Of a stretch of DNA of 62,607 bases, positions 37,148 through 44,846 are shown piece after piece; positions within the stretch are counted from its first letter, which is position 1; every line of letters begins with the position of its first letter. The notes beneath the pieces are model-generated. The model did no database searches and was not told where the DNA came from. It worked only from the letters and a program-made list of their open reading frames with translations. Location: positions 1-62,607 of the IMG/VR virus record IMGVR_UViG_3300017728_000004; one strand, 5' to 3'. The position numbers were made by a program, and so were the translations under genes. The DNA comes from a virus (taxonomy: Duplodnaviria; Caudoviricetes).

Positions 37148-37300
37148 ATGCGCTACACTACACCATCAGGTCGCGAGTATTACTTCCCCGAGTCAATCTG
37201 TCGCGAAGAAGCACTCGAACGTATGGCACAGTATGCAAAGAAATATGAGAATGATGAGCGTTCTGGACAACAACTATTCGACGACATGTTCGGAGGTTGA
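37148..37300 (+). CDS. Small hypothetical protein
   Basis: Hand-translated MRYTTPSGREYYFPE...LFDDMFGG (50 aa). Confidence 0.6.
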   Translation: MRYTTPSGREYYFPESICREEALERMAQYAKKYENDERSGQQLFDDMFGG

Positions 37301-37305
37301 TTGAT

Positions 37306-37473
37306 ATGAACTCACATCTTGACATGTTAATGAGTCGCGAACAACTTATGGAGGACATTGATTCTATTGTTGATGGATTTTTCAATGATCATCTTGAACA
37401 ATATCAGGGAGAACGTGATGATTTAACCCGCATCCTATGTGATGCTGTCTGTAATAACTTCCCTACTAAGTAA
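37306..37473 (+). CDS. Small hypothetical protein
   Basis: Hand-translated MNSHLDMLMSREQLMEDID...LCDAVCNNFP (55 aa); GGAGG SD. Confidence 0.65.
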   Translation: MNSHLDMLMSREQLMEDIDSIVDGFFNDHLEQYQGERDDLTRILCDAVCNNFPTK

Positions 37474-37477
37474 TACT

Positions 37478-37624
37478 ATGAACAACATACAAGATGTCAC
37501 TAACTCCCCTACAGATTGGGAGGACTTTTGGAACAGCGACGACGAAGAAGAAATCATTCGTCAGTTAATGCAACCGCGTGAAGAGTTCGCCTCTTCCGAT
37601 ACATATGACAACCTCCCTAACTAA
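37478..37624 (+). CDS. Small acidic hypothetical protein
   Basis: MNNIQDVTNSPTDWEDFWNS... Confidence 0.6.
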   Translation: MNNIQDVTNSPTDWEDFWNSDDEEEIIRQLMQPREEFASSDTYDNLPN

Positions 37625-37629
37625 CAACC

Positions 37630-37821
37630 ATGGACATGAACTTTGAACGCGAAACGTGTATCGACAACATGTCAGATACCCTCTTCCAAGTAATGCGAAA
37701 GGCAATGAAAGAGGACCGCAATGATGATGCTATCGCTCTATGTGAAGAGTGGTTAGTTGACGGAAAGGATCCGCAAGATAGCGACACTGAATTCACCTTT
37801 GTCAAAAACTACGCAATTTAA
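37630..37821 (+). CDS. Hypothetical protein
   Basis: 63 aa; DAIALCEEWLVDGKDP. Confidence 0.7.
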   Translation: MDMNFERETCIDNMSDTLFQVMRKAMKEDRNDDAIALCEEWLVDGKDPQDSDTEFTFVKNYAI

Positions 37822-38009
37822 TGTTAACCAGAATGGATAAGATTGATACCCAGGGCATGAGTCTTCCTGGTGATGGTGATACTAACTCAGAACGTGAGTA
37901 TCCTCCAATGCCAGTAAAGAAGCGCACTATCTTCACTGCCGAGGAGAGAATAGAACTCAAAGAGATAATTAACGAAGCACTGGATGAGCGTAACGACGCC
38001 AGACGCTAA
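37821..38009 (+). CDS. Hypothetical protein
   Basis: 62 aa, TAATG coupling; KIDTQGMS...ELKEIINEALDER. Confidence 0.7.
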   Translation: MLTRMDKIDTQGMSLPGDGDTNSEREYPPMPVKKRTIFTAEERIELKEIINEALDERNDARR

Positions 38010-38021
38010 CCGCGAGGGATC

Positions 38022-38100
38022 GTGTGCCAGTGGGCAAACTGTACCCAAAATCGGGAAAACCCGTTGCAAACGCCCTGAAAACTGCTATCATACAGACATG
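38022..38100 (+). promoter_or_regulatory. Early promoter module 6
   Basis: GTGCCAGT-GGGCA-AACTGTAC; CGGG-AAAA-CCCG hairpin; TTGCAA(38064)-16-TATCAT(38086), preceded by TGC. Confidence 0.75.
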
Positions 38101-38118
38101 ACAAACAAAGGAACCGAC

Positions 38119-38397
38119 ATGACTGCCACCACCACCGCAAACGAGACCTTCCAAGGTTGGGCAAACTATGAGACCTGGAACGCTTCGCTGTGGATCGCAA
38201 ACGATGAGTTCCTCTACAACACCGCTCGCGCTTGTGTGACCTTCGCTGAGGACGGTGAGAGCGTATGGAGCAAGTTTCAACGCTGCATGACAGATGGGCA
38301 GATCGGCAGGATGCTAGGCAAGACTGAGGACGGCGTTTCATGGAACGATCCTAAGATTGACGCCGCTGAGATGGAAGAAATGATGCTAGACCTCTGA
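38119..38397 (+). CDS. Hypothetical protein
   Basis: QGWANYETWNASLWIANDE.LY...KTEDGVSW; AAAGGA SD; alternative start 38098. Confidence 0.8.
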   Translation: MTATTTANETFQGWANYETWNASLWIANDEFLYNTARACVTFAEDGESVWSKFQRCMTDGQIGRMLGKTEDGVSWNDPKIDAAEMEEMMLDL

Positions 38398-38405
38398 ACA
38401 GAAAA

Positions 38406-38467
38406 CCAGTTGGGGAACTGGCACAAAACCCCTTGAAAATCACCCCAAAATCTGCAATAATACAATC
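38406..38467 (+). promoter_or_regulatory. Early promoter module 7
   Basis: Perfect CCAGTT-GGGG-AACTGG; TTGAAA(38433)-17-AATAAT(38456). Confidence 0.8.
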
Positions 38468-38692
38468 ATGAACAAAACAAATCCAATGCTTCTCAACAAC
38501 TCCAAATTCATCGGTGCTTTACAAGGTCTGCAATCCTTTGTGATTGAAACTGGTGCCGACCTTGATATGGCGTTTGATTGGGTATGCGATCAGGCAAACA
38601 TTCCATCATTTGCAGGTGATTTAGATGCCTTTGATTGCTTCTATGATGTTTATAACGAAGCAGCAGATTCTGATCATGCTAACTGCGGATGA
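38468..38692 (+). CDS. Hypothetical protein
   Basis: 74 aa (alternative start 38486); ADLDMAFDWVCDQA. Confidence 0.7.
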   Translation: MNKTNPMLLNNSKFIGALQGLQSFVIETGADLDMAFDWVCDQANIPSFAGDLDAFDCFYDVYNEAADSDHANCG

Positions 38693-38748
38693 TTGATATC
38701 TTCTCCGATACGTTACAACAACTCTCAAACCTTTCTTTATACAAACCT

Positions 38749-38928
38749 ATGACTACTTCCAATCCCTACGTTAACACCCTCATCGAGATGGGTTATGATA
38801 AGCAAGACTGCCAAGTCGCATCCACTATGTTTCAAAAGCATACTTTCCCATGTGTTATTCATGGTCGTCAATTTGACACTGAAGAGCAATACTATGAGGA
38901 GTTGCACGAGTACATGAATGGCATGTAA
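38749..38928 (+). CDS. Hypothetical protein
   Basis: MTTSNPYVNTLIEMGYD...FPCVIHGRQF; alternative start 38689. Confidence 0.65.
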   Translation: MTTSNPYVNTLIEMGYDKQDCQVASTMFQKHTFPCVIHGRQFDTEEQYYEELHEYMNGM

Positions 38929-38971
38929 TTGAAGCGCTTATCTAACTCTAATCACTTCACTATCTAACACA

Positions 38972-39133
38972 ATGCTTAAGCAAAATCTTCTCAAAGTTAT
39001 CAAAGAGTGTGCTACGGGTAAGGCACTCACAAAGATGGAAAAGTTTCAAGTCTTCTGTAATGTGTGTGACAATATGTTAGAAGAGGGAAGGATTACCCAG
39101 ATTCAACATCAACGATGGACTAACGTATTCTAA
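38972..39133 (+). CDS. Small hypothetical protein (paralogue of 36943..37116)
   Basis: Hand-translated MLKQNLLKVI...VCDNMLEEGRIT...RWTNVF (53 aa). Confidence 0.7.
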   Translation: MLKQNLLKVIKECATGKALTKMEKFQVFCNVCDNMLEEGRITQIQHQRWTNVF

Positions 39134-39161
39134 GCACTATCTAACACTCACTTCTCTCATT

Positions 39162-39296
39162 ATGCGAATCACTCAATACTTACTCAGTGGCATCTGTGTC
39201 TTCATGGGTCTCACTTGCTACCTGCTATTCCTTGCGGAACGTGATAGTAAGATGATGAACTATTTTGATTCCACTATGCAACAGACAGCACAATGA
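39162..39296 (+). CDS. Small membrane protein
   Basis: Hand-translated MRITQYLLSGICVFMGLTCYLLFLAERD... (44 aa); one hydrophobic span. Confidence 0.6.
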   Translation: MRITQYLLSGICVFMGLTCYLLFLAERDSKMMNYFDSTMQQTAQ

Positions 39297-39496
39297 CTTA
39301 CACTAAGCAACAACTCATCGATGCACTTTGTCGTGAGTATGATTACCTTTGTCATGATGATTTCGATGCTGAGTTAGATGATACTCCTGAGGAATACCGC
39401 TTGAAACTTGAATGTTTCTCATTAAAAGATCTCATTGAAGAGTCATCAACTGGGGAAGGTTATACACTAGACGAATTTATGGAAAATTGGAATTGA
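39293..39496 (+). CDS. Hypothetical protein
   Basis: 67 aa; TKQQLIDAL..EY.YLCHDDFD. Confidence 0.75.
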   Translation: MTYTKQQLIDALCREYDYLCHDDFDAELDDTPEEYRLKLECFSLKDLIEESSTGEGYTLDEFMENWN

Positions 39497-39500
39497 TACT

Positions 39501-39575
39501 GTGCCAGTGGGGGAACTGTACCCAAAATCGGGTTTTCCCGTTGCGTCACCCCTCGGATCTGCTACAATACAGACA
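39501..39575 (+). promoter_or_regulatory. Early promoter module 8
   Basis: GTGCCAGT-GGGGG-AACTGTAC; CGGG-TTTT-CCCG hairpin; TTGCGT(39541)-16-TACAAT(39563), preceded by TGC. Confidence 0.75.
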
Positions 39576-39615
39576 AGCGGGAAACGAAACCGCGTCAAAC
39601 CTTTTCTCTCTCATC

Positions 39616-39957
39616 ATGCGTAAAATCGAAACCCAAATGAATGCTGCTATCCAAAGCAACACAAACTGGAGTTCAGGAAACACTCAAGTAGTGACCAATA
39701 TGGGGGTTTCTACTGTATATCTCCACGGCAACAAGATTGCTATGGTTGATGATACTTCTCTCACACTCTTTGATGGTGGTTATCAGTCCAATACAACAAA
39801 GAGCAGACTCAATGCACTTTGTGATGAATTCTGCATCGCTGGTGAAGGCGTATTTCAAAAGGATTTCGTCTGGTATGTAAGAAAGTTCGTTGGTGCAATC
39901 AATGGTAAGAATGTATATAAGAACGAAGATTTCAAAGGTGGTTACGTCTTCGCATGA
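39616..39957 (+). CDS. Hypothetical phage protein
   Basis: MRKIETQMNAAI...VYLHGNKIA...GGYQSNTTKSRLNAL. Confidence 0.8.
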   Translation: MRKIETQMNAAIQSNTNWSSGNTQVVTNMGVSTVYLHGNKIAMVDDTSLTLFDGGYQSNTTKSRLNALCDEFCIAGEGVFQKDFVWYVRKFVGAINGKNVYKNEDFKGGYVFA

Positions 39958-40007
39958 TAAAGTCTCTCACTAAATCACGCTCTCATTCTGATCTATTACT
40001 CATTCAC

Positions 40008-40145
40008 ATGAAATTTTTATTGATCGCTATTACTGGATTTTGTCTCTGGTCTAATCCAGACTTTCGTAGATTCGGTGCTGATAGACTTCAAGACGCATCC
40101 GATATCATGCGCCCTGAGTATAATGAAATTAAGGTAACATTCTGA
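40008..40145 (+). CDS. Small membrane/secreted hypothetical protein
   Basis: MKFLLIAITGFCLWSNP...; alternative start 39954. Confidence 0.55.
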   Translation: MKFLLIAITGFCLWSNPDFRRFGADRLQDASDIMRPEYNEIKVTF

Positions 40146-40288
40146 TGAGACTTGCACTGTCTGCCCTTATTATCTTCGCAGGTGTTAACATCGGTCTAAA
40201 CTTACATAACACCATGTCTAAATATCAAGACAAGAAAATGAATCAACTCTGCCAGATTGATCAATCTTACTGTAATAACCAAAAATAA
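40145..40288 (+). CDS. Small membrane/secreted hypothetical protein
   Basis: Hand-translated MRLALSALIIFAGVNIGL...LCQIDQSYC (47 aa); TGATG coupling. Confidence 0.6.
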   Translation: MRLALSALIIFAGVNIGLNLHNTMSKYQDKKMNQLCQIDQSYCNNQK

Positions 40289-40291
40289 GTT

Positions 40292-40504
40292 ATGCACCAT
40301 GTATTATATGAATGGAGTGAATTAGTGGAAATAGATAAACACGTAGAACAGTTAGATCTTGCCATTAATGCAATCGATCAACTCACTACATCATTACAAC
40401 TCACTGATAACAATTCTCTACTGAATGCATCCCTAGTTTCTATTAGATTAGAACTACAATCACAGGTAGATGAAATCCTCTCCCAATTCCCTAATTACAA
40501 ATGA
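40292..40504 (+). CDS. Hypothetical protein
   Basis: 70 aa, coiled-coil-like. Confidence 0.6.
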   Translation: MHHVLYEWSELVEIDKHVEQLDLAINAIDQLTTSLQLTDNNSLLNASLVSIRLELQSQVDEILSQFPNYK

Positions 40505-40740
40505 CAAAATCTACAATAGAGGACTTCCAGTTAGGTGAAACAATTACATACAGAAATACGACTGGATACATAACTTTCATTGATCAGCAATATATTACTT
40601 ACTGCGTCAAAGAAACTAATCTACCTCCCAAAGTAGCACAACATTCTAAACGTCCCACAAATCAAGTCAATGTCCTCATCTACCGACAATACTGGCACCT
40701 CATTCAGTCAACAACTCCAGTACATCAAAATGACAACTAA
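40501..40740 (+). CDS. Hypothetical protein
   Basis: 79 aa; FQLG..I.Y...GYITFI...YIT.C; ATGA coupling. Confidence 0.7.
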   Translation: MTKSTIEDFQLGETITYRNTTGYITFIDQQYITYCVKETNLPPKVAQHSKRPTNQVNVLIYRQYWHLIQSTTPVHQNDN

Positions 40741-40824
40741 AGAGATCACTTCTATCCTGTGGAATAACTGGAGAGATTATATCATCAAACAACGTATAAA
40801 CAACCGTACAGACACTAATTAATA

Positions 40825-40858
40825 GTTTTCCACAGATATCCGCGTAATTGTGGAAAAC
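40825..40858. repeat. Inverted pair of DnaA-box-like 9-mers
   Basis: GTTTTCCACA-14 nt-TGTGGAAAAC; TTTTCCACA is the cyanobacterial DnaA-box consensus. Confidence 0.65.
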
Positions 40859-40980
40859 CCTTTATAAACCTATTAGTGTTCTTTATCTCTCGTTAATGTC
40901 CTCTGCTGTTGTACTCTTAGCACGCATCCTATCAGATGTCAATGCCTGTCAGAATACGCAGATAATTATCAGAAACCCTC

Positions 40981-41026
40981 TTGACAATATCTGACTTATG
41001 CCCTATAATAACACTGTAAGGGTTCA
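40981..41026 (+). promoter_or_regulatory. Perfect sigma70 promoter with conserved downstream 17-mer
   Basis: TTGACA-17-TATAAT(41004), then AACACTGTAAGGGTTCA. Confidence 0.9.
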
Positions 41027-41053
41027 GAAACACCCCTTGTATCTTTCCCACTT

Positions 41054-41257
41054 ATGCAATACATTATCTACGACAACACAGATACACTTAGAGCATCCTT
41101 TGTAAGTGTCTACGACCTTGAGAAGTTCATCGATGGTATCAGAAACTCTCGGGGAGATAACTACCCAAACACTCCGAGAATGTCAACCTTTGATTACATC
41201 AAGTCTATCGGATGGTTCTGGGAGGTAGTTGACAAAAGTGCAGAGGTTAGTGTATAA
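41054..41257 (+). CDS. Hypothetical protein
   Basis: 67 aa ORF directly downstream of the consensus promoter. Confidence 0.7.
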   Translation: MQYIIYDNTDTLRASFVSVYDLEKFIDGIRNSRGDNYPNTPRMSTFDYIKSIGWFWEVVDKSAEVSV

Positions 41258-41258
41258 T
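41229..41258 (+). promoter_or_regulatory. Sigma70-type promoter
   Basis: TTGACA-18-TATAAT, firing into a 190-nt non-coding stretch. Confidence 0.75.
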
Positions 41259-41447
41259 AGTAGAAGCAATCGGAGGACCTGTGAGTAACACTTAGCGACA
41301 GTTGTTAAATGTTATAAATGGCAGTATATTGGCCCCCGTAAATATAAAAAAGGGCCATAACCTAACCTACAAAGGTTCCCCAGAGAGGGTTATATATTAT
41401 TCACTAAACGATTTACAAGGACCACAAAAAAATTCTGAGATAAAAAA

Positions 41448-41666
41448 ATGGATTCTAAGACCCGTGTAGAGAGACAAGACATCAGAGTATGGGCAATAGA
41501 GCAATTAATTGGGCATGAGTCATTTTTAGATCCTCGGATGTATGCCTGTGCTGACTATTATGCATCGTCGTATGCATCTCAAGTTGTAGAAGATCTATAT
41601 ACCTTATGGGTAGAGTGGAAAACGAAAAACCCCACAGATAACCCTCAGATCAGAAATCGCCTATAG
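41448..41666 (+). CDS. Hypothetical protein
   Basis: 72 aa; LDPRMYACAD. Confidence 0.7.
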   Translation: MDSKTRVERQDIRVWAIEQLIGHESFLDPRMYACADYYASSYASQVVEDLYTLWVEWKTKNPTDNPQIRNRL

Positions 41667-41670
41667 AAGT

Positions 41671-41841
41671 ATGTCCCAAAGATTCACAACAACCTTAGAG
41701 GAAGACGACTACGGAGATCTCATCCTCAATATACCATATGATGTATGTGAAGCAATGGGATGGGATATTGGTACAAGTCTAGACTATGAAATGACCGAGG
41801 ATGGACTCGGATTTATATTAAGGAAAACAGCAGATGAGTGA
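41671..41841 (+). CDS. AbrB/MazE/SpoVT-like small protein
   Basis: Hand-translated MSQRFTTTLEEDDYGDLILNIPYDVCEAMGWDIGTSLDYEMTEDGLGFILRKTADE; swapped-hairpin pattern. Confidence 0.65.
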   Translation: MSQRFTTTLEEDDYGDLILNIPYDVCEAMGWDIGTSLDYEMTEDGLGFILRKTADE

Positions 41842-42088
41842 GAAGATTACAGATCAAGTTGAAGAGCAGGCAGAGGTTAATGTAGGGGAAACGTTACTCA
41901 CAGTCAATGAGTGCCTGATTGCCATCCACAAGCGCCTAGAAGCACTCGAAAAGCATGTGAGTGAGTTACCTACTCCAGACAAGACTTATTACAAACCAGA
42001 GGGGTATGAGGACTATCTCAATCTAGCTGGTAATTTGAAAGAAATCTATCGGAGGATCGGAGAGTTAGAGAATGGGATGCAAAACTAG
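41834..42088 (+). CDS. Hypothetical protein
   Basis: 84 aa; coiled-coil segments around TYYKPEG. Confidence 0.7.
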   Translation: MSEKITDQVEEQAEVNVGETLLTVNECLIAIHKRLEALEKHVSELPTPDKTYYKPEGYEDYLNLAGNLKEIYRRIGELENGMQN

Positions 42089-44843
42089 AGGGTACAACTT
42101 TGGACTATGTGCTGGGTTCAGTGGAATTAACCCTGAGCATTGTGCTCATTACACTCCGATTGGTGGTGTAACATTTGAGTATAAAGAATATCCTCAGAAT
42201 GTAATTAGACAGGGGGACTACGAGATTCCTGATAGGGAAGATAATCGGGTAATGTATCCGTATAATCTGGAGTCAGTAACACCTGCAACGGGAGGAACCA
42301 CAGGATCAGGTAGTGGTATATCTGCAGCGAACTGTGGGAAGTTATCAAAACCCGATCCTTGTGCTTCTGGATTCGGAGGGGCCGACGGCGCGGTCTCCAC
42401 ACTGATCACAGACTGGTTTCCTACTGAGTTATCATTTGATTTTAACTTCTCAGACACTTGGTTTTCTTATTTGTATGATACTTCAGTCAAGTCAGGTATT
42501 GTAGGGACACCTTGTTATTATATTGAGACAGAAACTAGCAGCAGCAGTTCAGGAGGGAGCGGCAGTCGTCAGATTTGCCATCCTTGTACTTTGTTTACAT
42601 CTACACCTGCAGAGACTCAGATAACATATACAGCAGAAGAGGACCTTACAGGCGATCCTGATTGCCCTCATCCAACGTTATTTGCTATTGATACAAACTC
42701 TGACAAGATAGTCTTTTCTTATGATCAGTTATCTACGACTCTTCCTAATGGTGCAACTGACTTTGCATTAAGTTATGATGGTGTTACCTATACAGATGCA
42801 TGGGATCCAGATAATGAGAATCCTATTGAATATGAATCGAGTCAAAATCCTTGGCAGGCAGGTGATGAGGCAGCAAGTGAGTTTGAAATCTATGACTTCA
42901 CTAGTGGTGCAACTAAATCCGACTTCATTGTAAAGGCACGAGTTGAACCTATCTTTGATGATACAGGTGCTGCCACTGTGTTTAGTGGTACTAAATGGAT
43001 CATTACTGAGTTATTGAATCCTGGAACTGGTTATGCAGTTGGTGATGTATTCCAAATGACATTGTTGCATAGTCATCCTGATAACAGTCAGACGACTTTG
43101 ACTATGAATATCAAGGTAACTGGTATTGGTCCTGTAGATAATGTGACGAGTACAACTGGTTTTGATGTGCTACGAGTCAATGATAAGATCAATGGACATA
43201 CAATTACTCGTACATTCCATACAGATGATGAAAATTTCAAGTATCACGTTGTATATCTTGATGGGGACGGATTAGATTTTACCAAAGATACACAATACAG
43301 TTCAGATCGTAACCACGATATCACAGTAGTAGCGGGATATGGTATTAAAGATCGTGCATGTCTAGTAGGTCTGTATGAATTTCTAAACAAATCTATACAA
43401 TTTCTAACTGCAGACGTTAATAAGAATGCAGCAAGCGCATTTAATAGTATATTTCAACCTATTGGGTTTGCTACAGTCACTAATGGAGCAGTTACAGGAC
43501 TTTCCTTTGATGGGCAAGTCATGGGTTTAGATGTAACTAACATTAAAAGAAACCGAAGAAACTCATATAGTGACGCTGATAACGTTTCATTGACTGGTGG
43601 AGATGGATCTGGGTGTGTTGTTAACATCGTAACGGATGATAACGGGATGATTTCCGAAGTTATTATTGTAGATCCTGGTTCTGGTTATAACATTGGTAAT
43701 GTATTAGAGATTCCTGGTAGTCAGAGACCGTCAGGAACTCCTAAAAATGCTCTTATTGATGTCATTCTTGCATCTAGACCTGGTTCTGGGTTTGAAAATC
43801 TTAAGGTAGAACCCATTTTAGAGATTAGTCCGTCTCCACTTGCACCAATAGATGATAATAATGATGCAAAAGTGGATGCAACCTTCGTAGGTGGTTCTGT
43901 AAGTTCTGTACTTATCACAAAAGGCGGTATAGGGTATGATCAACTAAACCCACCTACGGTGACTGTTAACAATATTAACGATCCTATTCAGATTACTGTT
44001 GAAAATGATGGGTTTAATCCAAATTTGGTGGATGACTATCAAGGTATCTTAAACAGTTTACCCGAAGGAAGACCCGAATCACCAAAAATTTCCGCCGATG
44101 ATTTGCAAAGTATTGAAGATTCCTATAGTTTTGTTCCAGAATCGACGGATGTAGTCAATCAGAGTCCTAAATTTGAAGTAAAGATGGACCCTGAAAACGA
44201 AAGAGTCGAACAATTACCGCAACACAAGTATAGTTCTGATGCAACTACCCCTCTAAAGGAGATTATGAGGAATGATTGGGACACAACTTACCTAAAAGAT
44301 GTTCCAATTGATGCAGAATACAAGCAAGTGTTCCCTGATGAGATAGCAAGATCGAATGAACAGATCTCTGATGACATTGATTCTATAACACAACAGCAAA
44401 TTCCTGCATTTCAGGAACTTCCAGAGACTAAACTTGAGACCTGTGTAGGAAGTTTTACCAATTTACCTACCGCATCTCCGTTCACTAAATATATTATGCG
44501 TCAATATCGTCCTGATCCCGCAAAGGTCACGGAAATACAGGTTTCTTTGACTTGTACTCCTCAAGATATTGGTTGTGGTCACATTGTATGTGCTCCTCCA
44601 GCGCTATCGCCAGGATATTCTGAGACACTTGGTACGGGTACATTCACAACTGACCCTGAAACAGGTGAATCAACGGAAGATACGGAGACAACAACATACA
44701 GTTATGCAATGTCAGCATTACTTGGACCTGGAGCACAACCATGGACTGCTACTGGAAGTATGAAAATCTTCCATGACTTGACTAGAGACGCCCAAACTGT
44801 TATACTTGCAACTGATGCATACGGAAATCCCTTCGCAACTTAA
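42072..44843 (+). CDS. Virion/baseplate-associated structural protein
   Basis: 923 aa, acidic, with I.DPGSGY/GTGY repeats shared with the giant gp7; lies upstream of PAAR-gp25-gp6. Confidence 0.7.
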   Translation: MGCKTRGYNFGLCAGFSGINPEHCAHYTPIGGVTFEYKEYPQNVIRQGDYEIPDREDNRVMYPYNLESVTPATGGTTGSGSGISAANCGKLSKPDPCASGFGGADGAVSTLITDWFPTELSFDFNFSDTWFSYLYDTSVKSGIVGTPCYYIETETSSSSSGGSGSRQICHPCTLFTSTPAETQITYTAEEDLTGDPDCPHPTLFAIDTNSDKIVFSYDQLSTTLPNGATDFALSYDGVTYTDAWDPDNENPIEYESSQNPWQAGDEAASEFEIYDFTSGATKSDFIVKARVEPIFDDTGAATVFSGTKWIITELLNPGTGYAVGDVFQMTLLHSHPDNSQTTLTMNIKVTGIGPVDNVTSTTGFDVLRVNDKINGHTITRTFHTDDENFKYHVVYLDGDGLDFTKDTQYSSDRNHDITVVAGYGIKDRACLVGLYEFLNKSIQFLTADVNKNAASAFNSIFQPIGFATVTNGAVTGLSFDGQVMGLDVTNIKRNRRNSYSDADNVSLTGGDGSGCVVNIVTDDNGMISEVIIVDPGSGYNIGNVLEIPGSQRPSGTPKNALIDVILASRPGSGFENLKVEPILEISPSPLAPIDDNNDAKVDATFVGGSVSSVLITKGGIGYDQLNPPTVTVNNINDPIQITVENDGFNPNLVDDYQGILNSLPEGRPESPKISADDLQSIEDSYSFVPESTDVVNQSPKFEVKMDPENERVEQLPQHKYSSDATTPLKEIMRNDWDTTYLKDVPIDAEYKQVFPDEIARSNEQISDDIDSITQQQIPAFQELPETKLETCVGSFTNLPTASPFTKYIMRQYRPDPAKVTEIQVSLTCTPQDIGCGHIVCAPPALSPGYSETLGTGTFTTDPETGESTEDTETTTYSYAMSALLGPGAQPWTATGSMKIFHDLTRDAQTVILATDAYGNPFAT

Positions 44844-44846
44844 AAT

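Noticed and set aside
29927-39575. Repeated palindromic elements as a CRISPR array or integron attC sites
   Set aside because: Spacing is irregular (about 0.4-3 kb), each copy is tied to -35/-10 boxes, and no cas gene or integrase is present; a promoter module explains them.
40730-40822. 30-codon ORF MTTKEITSILWNNW...
   Set aside because: Too short and without supporting motifs; it overlaps a DnaA-box-like site, so it was left uncalled.
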